Below are positions 9,119 through 18,270 of a stretch of DNA of 44,205 bases, one piece after another (positions within the stretch are counted from its first letter, which is position 1; every line of letters begins with the position of its first letter). The notes beneath the pieces are model-generated. The model did no database searches, was not told where the DNA came from, and saw only the letters and a list, made by a program, of their open reading frames with translations. Source of the stretch: an uncultured Bacilli bacterium (lineage in GTDB: Bacteria > Bacillota_I > Bacilli_A > RF39 > UBA660); the NCBI GenBank assembly GCA_944358805.1, contig CALVSD010000001.1:1-44205 (forward strand), given 5' to 3'. Both the position numbers and the translations under genes were made by a program.

Positions 9119-11080
9119 ATGAAATTTTTTAAAAAAATAATAAAATTAGGAATAATATTAATAGTACTATTTCTTGTATTTAATGTCGGTATGTACATTT
9201 ATTGTTTGATAACACCAAAAATGGATATTAACAAATCACAATCTTATTATTTATATGATAATAGTGGACAAGAAATTATGTCTAATGGAAATGAATGGAT
9301 TAGTTTAAATAATATTAGTCAATATTTAATTGATGCCACTTTAAGTACAGAAGATAAATATTTTTATAAACATTTGGGATTTGATTATCTACGTATTGCT
9401 AAGGCTATTGTTACAAATATTACTACTAAAAGTATGTCCGAAGGAGCCTCTACTATTACGCAACAATATGCAAGAAACTTATTTTTAAACTTTGACAAAA
9501 CTTGGTCTAGAAAAATTGATGAAGCAGTTTTAGCTTTTGAATTAGAAGCACATTATACAAAGGACGAAATATTAGAAGGATATTTGAATACTATTAATTA
9601 CGGAAATGTTTTTGGAATAGAAAATGCTTCAAAATATTATTTTAATAAAAGTGCTAGTGATCTAAATTTAGCAGAAGCTTCTATGTTGGCAGGTATACCT
9701 CAATCTCCTAGTAATTTATCCCCTATAAATAACCCTGAAGCCGCTAAAAAAAGACAAAAAACGGTTTTGTTATTAATGAAAAACAATGGAGTTATTACGG
9801 AAGAAGAAATGAATGAAGCCTATAATACTGAATTATCATATTATGGAAAAACTTCAAATAATAACCTAGAATATATAAATTATTTTAGAGATGCAGTAAT
9901 AGAAGAATTATATAATATCAAGAGTATTCCTAATTCTTTAATTGAAACAGGCGGATTAAAAATATATACAACTCTTGATTTAAAAGCACAAGAAAAATTA
10001 GAAACTGCAGTAAAAGAGCAAATGAATGGCGATAACCAATTACAAGTAGCTGGAATGATGATGGATCCAAACGACGGTGGTGTTATGGCTTTAGTTGGAG
10101 GTATAAATTATAGCAAAAGTCAATTTAATAGAGCAACCAATGCTACAAGACAAGTCGGTTCTACAATGAAACCATTTTTATACTATTCTGCGTTAGAAAG
10201 TGGTTTTACAGCAGCCTCTTCATTTACTAGCGAAAAAACAACATTTACTTTTTCTAATGACCAAACTTATTCACCTAAAAATTATAATGATAAATATGCA
10301 GAAGGTCCAATATCAATGGGTGCTGCTATATCTTATTCTGACAATATTTTTGCAGTCAAAACAAATCTTTTTTTAGGAGAAGAAATGCTTGTTAATATGG
10401 CTAACAGAGTAGGAATTACAAGTAAACTTACTCCAATACCTTCTCTAGCTTTAGGAACAGAAGAAGTTAGTTTAAAAGAAATGGTTGCTGGTTATGCTTC
10501 TTTTGCAAACATGGGATATAAAGTAGAATCACATTTTATTGAGAAAGTAGAAGATAGTAATGGAAATATATTATACGAATTTAAAAATACAAAAGAAAAT
10601 ATCCTAAATCCAAGTACAACTTATATTTTAAATGAAATGCTAACATATACTTATGATAAAGCTTTTATTGATTATAATTATCCTACATTAATTAGTTTAT
10701 TACCACAAATAACACATAAATATGCAATTAAATCAGGCACTACAAATACAGACGTGTGGATTATTGGCTATAATGAAAAAGCAGTCCTAGGAATTTGGAA
10801 CGGCTATGATGACAACAGAGAATTATCTAACGAAGATAGTGGAGACCATAAAAATATATGGATAAATACTATGGAATCTTATTTTAAAGATGTAGAAACT
10901 AATTGGTATGAAAAGCCAGAAAACGTTGTAGGAGTATTAGTTAATCCTATAACAGGACAGTTAGCAACAGATGAAGATAAGAAAAATAAAACTTTTTATT
11001 TCATAAAAGGAACAGAGCCCTATTCTAATGATAATACACAAAATCTTGAGACAGCCTTTAAAGAAAAAAATATGCAATAA
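9119..11080 (+). CDS. Class A penicillin-binding protein (glycosyltransferase GT51 plus transpeptidase)
   Basis: N-terminal TM anchor. GT51 motifs EDKYFYKHLGFD, GASTITQQ and RKIDEA. Transpeptidase motifs STMKP (SxxK), YSDN (SxN) and KSGTT (KTG). Confidence 0.92.
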   Translation: MKFFKKIIKLGIILIVLFLVFNVGMYIYCLITPKMDINKSQSYYLYDNSGQEIMSNGNEWISLNNISQYLIDATLSTEDKYFYKHLGFDYLRIAKAIVTNITTKSMSEGASTITQQYARNLFLNFDKTWSRKIDEAVLAFELEAHYTKDEILEGYLNTINYGNVFGIENASKYYFNKSASDLNLAEASMLAGIPQSPSNLSPINNPEAAKKRQKTVLLLMKNNGVITEEEMNEAYNTELSYYGKTSNNNLEYINYFRDAVIEELYNIKSIPNSLIETGGLKIYTTLDLKAQEKLETAVKEQMNGDNQLQVAGMMMDPNDGGVMALVGGINYSKSQFNRATNATRQVGSTMKPFLYYSALESGFTAASSFTSEKTTFTFSNDQTYSPKNYNDKYAEGPISMGAAISYSDNIFAVKTNLFLGEEMLVNMANRVGITSKLTPIPSLALGTEEVSLKEMVAGYASFANMGYKVESHFIEKVEDSNGNILYEFKNTKENILNPSTTYILNEMLTYTYDKAFIDYNYPTLISLLPQITHKYAIKSGTTNTDVWIIGYNEKAVLGIWNGYDDNRELSNEDSGDHKNIWINTMESYFKDVETNWYEKPENVVGVLVNPITGQLATDEDKKNKTFYFIKGTEPYSNDNTQNLETAFKEKNMQ

Positions 11081-11100
11081 AATTTATTATACTTATAAAA

Positions 11101-11140
11101 AATCCTGTTTCTATGTCCAAGAAACAGGATTTCCATTAGA
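11101..11140 (-). terminator. Intrinsic terminator of the noc-like gene; the hairpin also faces the convergent PBP gene
   Basis: A 12-bp stem, AATCCTGTTTCT (11101-11112) pairing with AGAAACAGGATT (11120-11131). On the minus strand it is followed by TTTTTATAAG. The upstream arm encodes the last codons of the noc-like gene. Confidence 0.7.
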
Positions 11141-12559
11141 AATGGAATTCAAATTATTAACATCATCTTTCTTAATTTTTATTATTATTTGATATTCGTC
11201 AGCTAAATCTAATTCTTGCGTTTCTATTTTATTTCCAGCTTGTTTCATATTTGAAATCAATTCTCTTGTTTGATTAACTATTTTATTTAAATTAGATTTT
11301 GGTAATGAAGCTGGTGTAGATTCAGAATAAGGTTTAATATCATTATTTTGTTCTAGTGGATTACTTATATTGTTTCCAAAATTCATATTTACTGATTCGT
11401 CTTCTAATGAAGGGAAAAATTTATTTTCAAAATTGAATGCATTTTCTAATTTAGATGGAACTGTATTAGATTCTATAACGTTATTTAAAGGCGATTGTGT
11501 TTCTGGTTTTAATATGCTATTAAAATCTTCGCCATTGCTAGGTTGTTGCAAATTTGTAGAATTTGTATTTCTAGCTGCCTCTCTAATTGCTTCCATATCT
11601 ATTACCTGAGTTTTTTCTAGATTATCCTCTACTTTCGGTTCTAATTCATTAAATACATTAGAATTTGTATCAACTAAGTTTAATTCATTTAAAGCGTTTT
11701 GAACATTTGGATTGGCATTAGGTGTAGAAAAATTTGGAGTTGATTGAACTGTCATATTAGGATTACTTATATCTGCTATATTAACTACATCCGTATTTGG
11801 TTCTACAACATTATTGAATAATGAATTACTGTTACCAACATTGTTCTCAAACATATTTCTAGTTGCTATGGTATTCATATCATTATTCAAAAGATTTTCT
11901 GAAGGAATGGTAGAGCTAATACTAGTTTGACTACTATTAAACGGTTGTTGACCATTCATCATATTCTTTATTAATTCATCCGTATCTCTCACTGTTAATC
12001 TCTCCTCTATTATTTTGTTCAAAACTTCCCTTTGTTTCGCTGGATTATCTTTTAATTGCAATAAACTTCGTGCGTGTCTTTCAGAAATAGAATTATGTAA
12101 AAGAGCATCCTGTGCTTCAGGAACTAAATTTAATAACCTTAACTTATTGGCAATTGTTGACTGATTTTTTCCCATTTTGGCAGCTAATTGATCTTGGGTT
12201 AAATTACCTAAATCTAATAATTTTTTATATGATTTTGCTTCTTCAATTGGTGTTAAGTCCTTACGTTGAATATTTTCAATAATTGCTAATTCAGCGCTTG
12301 TTTGATCATCTAAATTAACAAGTATTGCTGGAACTTCTGTTAATCCTGCTAAAGTAGAAGCCTTATATCTTCTTTCACCTGCAATAATTTCATATTTGTC
12401 TCCTATTGGTCTTAATATTAATGGTTGTAATACTCCATACATCTTTATTGAACTTGCTAATTCATTTAATTCTTCTTCATTAAAAGCTAATCTTGGTTGA
12501 AATCTGTTTGGAATAATACTACTTAATTTTACTTTTACAACTTCTTTACCTGCTTCCAT
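11111..12559 (-). CDS. noc: ParB/Noc-family CTPase with a Noc-type DNA-recognition helix and a roughly 230-aa low-complexity insertion
   Basis: ParB N-domain (IIPNRFQPR, GVLQPLILRP, IIAGERRYKAS, which is the GERR CTP-binding box). The HTH, GKNQSTIANKLRLLNL...ISERHARSLL, matches B. subtilis Noc (GKGQSTIANKLRLLKL...ITERHARAL) and not Spo0J (GKSRPHIANHLRLLTL...SMGHGRTL). The C-terminus, NKIVNQTRELISNMKQAGNKIETQELDLADEYQIIIKIKK, parallels the Noc C-terminus. An Asn/Ser/Pro-rich stretch lies between the two. Confidence 0.8.
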   Translation of the reverse strand: MEAGKEVVKVKLSSIIPNRFQPRLAFNEEELNELASSIKMYGVLQPLILRPIGDKYEIIAGERRYKASTLAGLTEVPAILVNLDDQTSAELAIIENIQRKDLTPIEEAKSYKKLLDLGNLTQDQLAAKMGKNQSTIANKLRLLNLVPEAQDALLHNSISERHARSLLQLKDNPAKQREVLNKIIEERLTVRDTDELIKNMMNGQQPFNSSQTSISSTIPSENLLNNDMNTIATRNMFENNVGNSNSLFNNVVEPNTDVVNIADISNPNMTVQSTPNFSTPNANPNVQNALNELNLVDTNSNVFNELEPKVEDNLEKTQVIDMEAIREAARNTNSTNLQQPSNGEDFNSILKPETQSPLNNVIESNTVPSKLENAFNFENKFFPSLEDESVNMNFGNNISNPLEQNNDIKPYSESTPASLPKSNLNKIVNQTRELISNMKQAGNKIETQELDLADEYQIIIKIKKDDVNNLNSISNGNPVSWT

Positions 12560-12661
12560 ACAACATATCCCTCTTTCTATTTTTTTGCATACTATACTAA
12601 TATAATAATACTATATTTTTAATAAAAAAAAAAGACTATTTATAAATTTTAATAATCTTTT

Positions 12662-13627
12662 TTACGAATTTGGTCTTTTCTTAGTTCTTTGTCTTGTATT
12701 TTTTTTAGTTTGTGGTTGACCTGTTTGTTCTCTTTGATTGCAATCCCTAGTATTTCCATATAATTGGTTCCTTAACAAATATTGCGTTACATCATTTGGA
12801 TTACTCATACCATAAAATAAATTAGCATCTCCATTAGATAAAAATATTGTCTTTACCAATTCAAATTTAGTTGCATCATCAGTCTTCATATTTGCAATCT
12901 CATCTAAAATATTTCTTATTTCTCCTGCAAGAACTTTATTATCTGCAGTTCCTAATTTTTCTCTAACTTCAGCATCCTTTTCTGCTACTGCTAGTCTTGC
13001 TTCAGCCTCACAAATAGCAACCTTCTTTTTAGCGTCAGCTTCTGCTAATAATCTTGCATTTTCCATTTCTTGCATTGCTTTCTTTTCATAATCATCTTTC
13101 ATTGATTGTGGTAATTCAACTTGTTTAAAAGAAATATCATTTACTTTTAAACCTGTTTCATTTGTAAATAATTCATAATCTCTATTCAAATCAAAAGCAG
13201 ATAAATTATGAGTGCCGGTAATCATTTCTTCAGCTGTTTTTGAAGCCACATATTGTCTTAGTTTATCTCGTGTCTTAATTTTTAGTTCCTGCATAGGGTC
13301 GTTGTTATTAAACTCGTATTTTATTGGATCTACAACAGAAAACACAAGTGCTAAATCAACTGTAACTTCAATTCCATCAGAAGTCCTGTATTTTTCTTTA
13401 GGATAATCAATTGTATTTCTCGCTAAAGAAACCATTTTACTTTTTACCCAAAATCCCACTACAACTAATCCACTCGTCTTTACAAACGGCTTACCAGTAA
13501 ATATGTTTTGACATATTAAAGCCATGTTTGGCGGTACAGCCTTAAATACTCTTACTTTATAGCTACTAAAATCATCTACTTCTTCGCCTGCTCTTTCGTC
13601 AGTATTTCTTTTAAATAAATTTATCAT
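12662..13627 (-). CDS. SPFH/Band-7 domain protein (stomatin/flotillin superfamily) without an obvious TM segment; basic C-terminal tail
   Basis: TSDGIEVTVDLALVFSVVDPIKY, GLKVNDISFKQVELPQSM, and an Ala/Glu-rich coiled segment (LLAEADAKKKVAICEAEARLAVAEKDAEV) are typical of SPFH domains. GGGGGA RBS. Confidence 0.8.
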   Translation of the reverse strand: MINLFKRNTDERAGEEVDDFSSYKVRVFKAVPPNMALICQNIFTGKPFVKTSGLVVVGFWVKSKMVSLARNTIDYPKEKYRTSDGIEVTVDLALVFSVVDPIKYEFNNNDPMQELKIKTRDKLRQYVASKTAEEMITGTHNLSAFDLNRDYELFTNETGLKVNDISFKQVELPQSMKDDYEKKAMQEMENARLLAEADAKKKVAICEAEARLAVAEKDAEVREKLGTADNKVLAGEIRNILDEIANMKTDDATKFELVKTIFLSNGDANLFYGMSNPNDVTQYLLRNQLYGNTRDCNQREQTGQPQTKKNTRQRTKKRPNS

Positions 13628-13650
13628 TAAAATCCCCCATTTCTACTGAA

Positions 13651-13679
13651 ATTATAACACATTTGTTTGGTTTTGTCAA
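13651..13679 (-). promoter_or_regulatory. Consensus sigma-A promoter for the SPFH gene
   Basis: On the minus strand, TTGACA (13679-13674), a 17-nt spacer, then TATAAT (13656-13651). It lies immediately downstream of the rsmG stop codon. Confidence 0.75.
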
Positions 13680-13680
13680 A

Positions 13681-14382
13681 TTACAAACTTTTTTTCTTGA
13701 TTTCACTATACTTTCTCGGATATTTAATATCTGTTTTTTCTAGTTTTATAAAACTAATTAAAGTTCTATTACTACTTTCTATTGGTAACTGAAAATCTAT
13801 CTTTTTATTTTGCTTTATTTTTAATTTATTTTCATAATTTTCAATGCCGTCTAATTCTTCATTAATATTTCCTTTCATAGCAACAAATATTCCGTTTACT
13901 TTTAATAATGGAATTCCATATTCTAATAAATGTTTTAAAGGTGCTACTGCTCTTGCTGTTACAATATCATATTTTTCTCTTTCTATTTTTGCATATTCTT
14001 CTACTCTTGCATTTATTACCTTAATGTTTTCTAAGTTTAATTCTTTTATTACCTTTTCGAGAAAGTTACATTTCTTTAAAGTCGCATCAATCAATGTTAC
14101 TTTTAAATTAGGAAATATTATTTTTAACACCATACCAGGAAATCCCGCTCCTGTTCCTAAATCACATAATGACTCATTATTTAAGCCTATAATCTTAACA
14201 ATTGTAAGGCTATCATAAAAATGTTTTAAAAATACACTTTCTTTTTCTGTTATTGCAGTTAAGTTATATAATTTATTTTCTCTTTCTAATATTTCATAAT
14301 ACTTTTCTAATTTTTCTAATTGAATATCATTAATTTGTATATTCAATTTTAGTAATTCTTCTATAAATTTTTCTTTATTCAT
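13681..14382 (-). CDS. rsmG: 16S rRNA (guanine527-N7)-methyltransferase
   Basis: DLGTGAGFPGMVLKI SAM-binding motif, 233 aa, 8-nt overlap with mnmG, canonical mnmE-mnmG-rsmG order. Confidence 0.93.
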   Translation of the reverse strand: MNKEKFIEELLKLNIQINDIQLEKLEKYYEILERENKLYNLTAITEKESVFLKHFYDSLTIVKIIGLNNESLCDLGTGAGFPGMVLKIIFPNLKVTLIDATLKKCNFLEKVIKELNLENIKVINARVEEYAKIEREKYDIVTARAVAPLKHLLEYGIPLLKVNGIFVAMKGNINEELDGIENYENKLKIKQNKKIDFQLPIESSNRTLISFIKLEKTDIKYPRKYSEIKKKSL

Positions 14383-16246
14383 TATAATTCTTCCTTAAAT
14401 ATACCATCAATATTGAAATATCAGAAGGATTTACTCCGCTTATTCTAAGTGCTTGACCTATTGACTCTGGTCTTATTTTTTCAAGTTTTTGTCTAGCTTC
14501 TGTTGCTAAATTTAAAATTTTACTATAATCAATATCTTTAGGAATTAATTTTTCTTCATTTTTAATCATTTTTTCAGCTTCTCTTTCAACCTTTTTTATA
14601 TAACCTTCATATTTTATTTCTATTTCTAATTGTTCTTCTACTTCTTTCGAAAAATCACTTACTAGCAATTTATTTTCTTTTAATGTATTGATATTTATCT
14701 CATTTCTTCTAAGTAAGTCATATAAATATATTCCGTCTTTTAATAAAGGGGTCCCTATTTTTTCAAAAATTACATTTATTTCTTTAGTTGGAGTTATTTT
14801 TGTATTTTTTAAATATTCTTTAAATTTACTTATATCATTTAGTTTGTTTTTAAACTTTGCATATCTTGTTTCATCAATTAGTCCTGCATCATATCCATAT
14901 TGTCTAAGTCTAATGTCGGCATTATCATGTCTTAATAATAGACGATATTCAGCTCTTGAAGTTAACATTCTATAAGGTTCTATTGTTCCTTTTGTTACCA
15001 AGTCATCAATTAATACTCCAATATAAGCTTCATTTCTTTTTAGAATTAACGGTTCTTTCCCCTTTAACTTTAACGAAGCATTTATTCCTGCCATTAATCC
15101 TTGGGCTGCTGCTTCTTCGTATCCACTCGTTCCATTAATTTGACCTGCTGTAAACAAATTCTTTAAAACTTTTGTTTCTAATGATGCTTTAATTTGTGTC
15201 GGATATATAGCATCATATTCTATTGCATAAGCATACTTTAAAATTTTTGCATTTTCTAGACCTGGTAAACTATGTACCATTTTTTCTTGAACATCTTTTG
15301 GCATACTAGTAGAAAATCCTTGTAAGTAAATATCATCATAATATAAACTTTCTGGTTCTAAAAATAATTGATGTTTTTCTTTATCTTTAAACTTAACTAA
15401 TTTATCCTCTATAGATGGACAATATCTAGGACCTACACCTTTTATATCATCAAGGCCACCATACATTGCTGATTTATTTAAATTGTCTAATATTATTTTA
15501 TGAGTTTCTGGAGTAGTATATATTAAATAACATGGTTCTTGATTATTAACATCATATATTGGAGCAATATCATGTGAAAAAGTATATATTTCTTTATCTC
15601 CATCTTCTCTTTTAGTTTTAGAATAATCAATACTACTCTTTCCTATTCTAGGGGGAGTTCCCGTTTTTAACCTTAATATATCAAATCCATATTTTTTTAG
15701 ATTATCTGATAAATGCATTGATGGCTTTTCATCATGTGGACCACTTCTTGTTCTTGTATTTCCTACCAATATATCTGCTTTTAAATATGTTCCCGTTGTA
15801 AGTATTACAATATTAGATGTAATTTTTGTACCATCTTCTGTAATAATTCCTTTTACTTCATTATTTTCTACTATTAAATCTTCAACCATTGCTTCTTGTA
15901 AAGTTAAATTTTTAGTATTTTTTAAAGTTTTCAACATCTCTTGTGGATAAGTTATTTTATCTGCTTGCGCTCTTAAAGATCTAACTGCTGGGCCCTTTGA
16001 TGAATTTAACATCTTCATTTGTATTAATGTTTTATCAGCATTTACTCCCATTTCTCCACCTAAAGCATCTATTTCTCTTACAATAATTCCTTTAGCAGAA
16101 CCACCAATTGACGGATTACAAGGCATTGTTGCCACATTTTTTAAATTACCCGTTACAAGCAAAGTCTTATGTCCACATCTAGCTGTTGCTAAAGCCGCTT
16201 CACATCCAGCATGACCTGCTCCTACTACTATAACTTCATATTCCAT
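14375..16246 (-). CDS. mnmG: tRNA uridine 5-carboxymethylaminomethyl modification enzyme MnmG (GidA)
   Basis: YEVIVVGAGHAGCEAALA FAD-binding motif and GPRYCPSIEDK. AGGTGA RBS upstream of the ATG at 16246; the track start at 16270 would overlap mnmE. Confidence 0.96.
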   Translation of the reverse strand: MEYEVIVVGAGHAGCEAALATARCGHKTLLVTGNLKNVATMPCNPSIGGSAKGIIVREIDALGGEMGVNADKTLIQMKMLNSSKGPAVRSLRAQADKITYPQEMLKTLKNTKNLTLQEAMVEDLIVENNEVKGIITEDGTKITSNIVILTTGTYLKADILVGNTRTRSGPHDEKPSMHLSDNLKKYGFDILRLKTGTPPRIGKSSIDYSKTKREDGDKEIYTFSHDIAPIYDVNNQEPCYLIYTTPETHKIILDNLNKSAMYGGLDDIKGVGPRYCPSIEDKLVKFKDKEKHQLFLEPESLYYDDIYLQGFSTSMPKDVQEKMVHSLPGLENAKILKYAYAIEYDAIYPTQIKASLETKVLKNLFTAGQINGTSGYEEAAAQGLMAGINASLKLKGKEPLILKRNEAYIGVLIDDLVTKGTIEPYRMLTSRAEYRLLLRHDNADIRLRQYGYDAGLIDETRYAKFKNKLNDISKFKEYLKNTKITPTKEINVIFEKIGTPLLKDGIYLYDLLRRNEININTLKENKLLVSDFSKEVEEQLEIEIKYEGYIKKVEREAEKMIKNEEKLIPKDIDYSKILNLATEARQKLEKIRPESIGQALRISGVNPSDISILMVYLRKNYNE

Positions 16247-16254
16247 ATTTTCAC

Positions 16255-17607
16255 CTACTTTCCTAAACAAAATCTAGAGAATAACTCATCTAATAACTCA
16301 TCTGTATATGTTTCACCAATAATTTGTCCTAATAATTCCCAAGCATTTTTTAAATCTATCTCTACTATATCTATCGGACTATCATTATTTATATTATTAA
16401 TACTTTCTTCTATTTTAGTTAAAGATTGTTTTAATAAAGATATACTTCTTGCATTACTTAAATAAGTCATATCTTTTGTATTTATATTATCTATGTTATA
16501 AATTCTTTTTATCTCATCTTTTAAGTCTTCTATTCCAATATTTTCTTTAGCACTAATTTCTATTATTTTTTTATCATAGTTAGATAAAATTATTCTTTTT
16601 TCTAAATCAATCTTGTTAATTACAACTATACTATTTTTATTTTTTATCTTTTCTAATATTTTTAATTCTTCTTTACTAAGAATATCATTATTATTTAGTA
16701 CAAAAATTATTAAATCAGCTTTATCAATAATTTCCATACTTTTTTCTACTCCAATTTTCTCTACTACATTATCTGTTTCTCTAATACCAGCGGTATCAAT
16801 AATATTTAAAATTATACCACCTAAATTAATCTTTCCTTCTACAATGTCTCTTGTTGTTCCTTCAATATCAGTAACTATTGCTTTTTCTTCTTCTAATAAA
16901 GCATTTAAAAGACTACTTTTACCAACATTTGGTTTTCCTATTATTCCTACATTAATTCCTTCATTTATAATCTTTCCATCTTCGGAATCTTTAATAATTT
17001 TTTCTAATTGATTTTTAAAATCCACTACTTCTGGAAGAATTTTTTCATTAGTTAAAACTTCTATATCTTCATATTCCGGATAATCTATATTAACTTCTAT
17101 GTTAGATATAATTCCCACTAATTTATCTCTTAAATCATTTATTAAATTCGATACTTTCCCATTTAATTCATTTATTGATAATTGTCTATTTTTCTCTGTT
17201 TTAGAATTTATTAAATCCATTATTCCATCGGCTTCTACTAAATCAATTCTTCCGTTTAAAAATGCTCTTTTTGTAAATTCTCCTGGCTCTGCTAATCTTG
17301 CCCCATTTGTTAATATTAATTCTAACACTTTATTAGTTGTTGCTATTCCTCCGTGACAATTTATTTCCACGATATCTTCTTTAGTAAAAGTTTTTGGTGC
17401 TTTCATTACACTAACTAATACTTCATCTACTATTTCTTCTTTATCCATTATATATCCATAATGTATAGTATGTGACGAAACACTAGTTAAATCTTTTCCT
17501 TTAAATATTTTATTTACTATATTAATTGATTCATTTCCACTAACTCTAATAATGGATATTGCTCCTACCCCTAATGCTGTAGAAATTGCTGCAATTGTAT
17601 CTTCCAT
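16255..17607 (-). CDS. mnmE: tRNA modification GTPase MnmE (TrmE/ThdF)
   Basis: DTIAAISTA...GAISIIRVSG, G-domain GKPNVGKSSLLN and DTAGIR, and the C-terminal CLGK motif. Confidence 0.96.
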   Translation of the reverse strand: MEDTIAAISTALGVGAISIIRVSGNESINIVNKIFKGKDLTSVSSHTIHYGYIMDKEEIVDEVLVSVMKAPKTFTKEDIVEINCHGGIATTNKVLELILTNGARLAEPGEFTKRAFLNGRIDLVEADGIMDLINSKTEKNRQLSINELNGKVSNLINDLRDKLVGIISNIEVNIDYPEYEDIEVLTNEKILPEVVDFKNQLEKIIKDSEDGKIINEGINVGIIGKPNVGKSSLLNALLEEEKAIVTDIEGTTRDIVEGKINLGGIILNIIDTAGIRETDNVVEKIGVEKSMEIIDKADLIIFVLNNNDILSKEELKILEKIKNKNSIVVINKIDLEKRIILSNYDKKIIEISAKENIGIEDLKDEIKRIYNIDNINTKDMTYLSNARSISLLKQSLTKIEESINNINNDSPIDIVEIDLKNAWELLGQIIGETYTDELLDELFSRFCLGK

Positions 17608-17661
17608 AGTATCACCTCGTTACCCACAATATTTTAACACAAATAAAAAAGAAAGAAAAGA

Positions 17662-18270
17662 TTAATCTTCTCTTGGTTTTACAATAACATGTCTATTAGG
17701 TTCTTCACCTTCACTAACTGTATATACATATTTATTATCTGATAATATATTATGAACTATTCTTCTCTCATAAGAATTCATATTATCTAATTTAGTTTCT
17801 ACCTTAGTTTTTGCTACATCTCTTGCTACTTTCTTTGCTAAATATTCAATATTTCTATTTCTCTTTTCTTTATAATTTTCAACATCTAACATAACTGATA
17901 AATCAGAATTTACATGATTTTTTAATATAAATCTTAATATTGTTTGTAAAGATTGCATTGTTCTTCCATTTTTACCAATTAATATTGCATTATTATCAGA
18001 AAATATTTTTATTTCTATTCTATTTTCTCTTCTTCTTACTTCATAATTAGCTTCTATTCCCATTAATGATAATATTTCATTTAAAGAATCTTTTAAATAA
18101 TTAATTATTTCATCTATTGTTACAAGTTCTATACTTGCACTCTTTTTTAGTAAACCATTTTTTTCTGTTTGATTAATTATTATTATATTTTCTTCATTTA
18201 TATTTAGCTCCTTTAAAGCTTTATTTTTAGCTTCATCTATAGTTTTATCTTCAAATGTATATGTATTCAT
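17662..18270 (-). CDS. jag: Jag/KhpB RNA-binding protein (Jag_N, KH and R3H domains)
   Basis: IGKNGRTMQSLQTIL (KH) and SYERRIVHNILSD (R3H). It lies downstream of yidC, as in spoIIIJ-jag. Confidence 0.9.
   Translation of the reverse strand: MNTYTFEDKTIDEAKNKALKELNINEENIIIINQTEKNGLLKKSASIELVTIDEIINYLKDSLNEILSLMGIEANYEVRRRENRIEIKIFSDNNAILIGKNGRTMQSLQTILRFILKNHVNSDLSVMLDVENYKEKRNRNIEYLAKKVARDVAKTKVETKLDNMNSYERRIVHNILSDNKYVYTVSEGEEPNRHVIVKPRED

Noticed and set aside
11370-11609. 79-aa plus-strand ORF inside the noc-like gene
   Set aside because: It is a shadow ORF antisense to the low-complexity Asn/Ser region, with no start context.
13212-14218. Plus-strand ORFs 13212..13406 and 13844..14218
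   Set aside because: They are antisense to the SPFH and rsmG genes, both of which have strong family motifs. They are shadow frames.
16247-16270. N-terminal extensions in the ORF track (mnmG 16270, hup 441, rnpA 19539, yidC 19190, recF 25153, comK-like 24640, XRE-S24 1450, ricT 36046, rsmI 37552, spoVT 42461, bofA 34889)
   Set aside because: For most, an internal ATG preceded by a Shine-Dalgarno sequence (weak for recF) coincides with the conserved family N-terminus. Several of the longer versions overlap the upstream gene or use weak TTG/GTG codons without an RBS.
14688-17356. Plus-strand ORFs 14688..14975, 14956..15138, 16211..16465, 16613..17011 and 17099..17356
   Set aside because: All are antisense to mnmG or mnmE. 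They are Phe/Leu/Ser/Ile-rich, as expected opposite Lys/Glu/Asn-rich AT-rich coding sequence.
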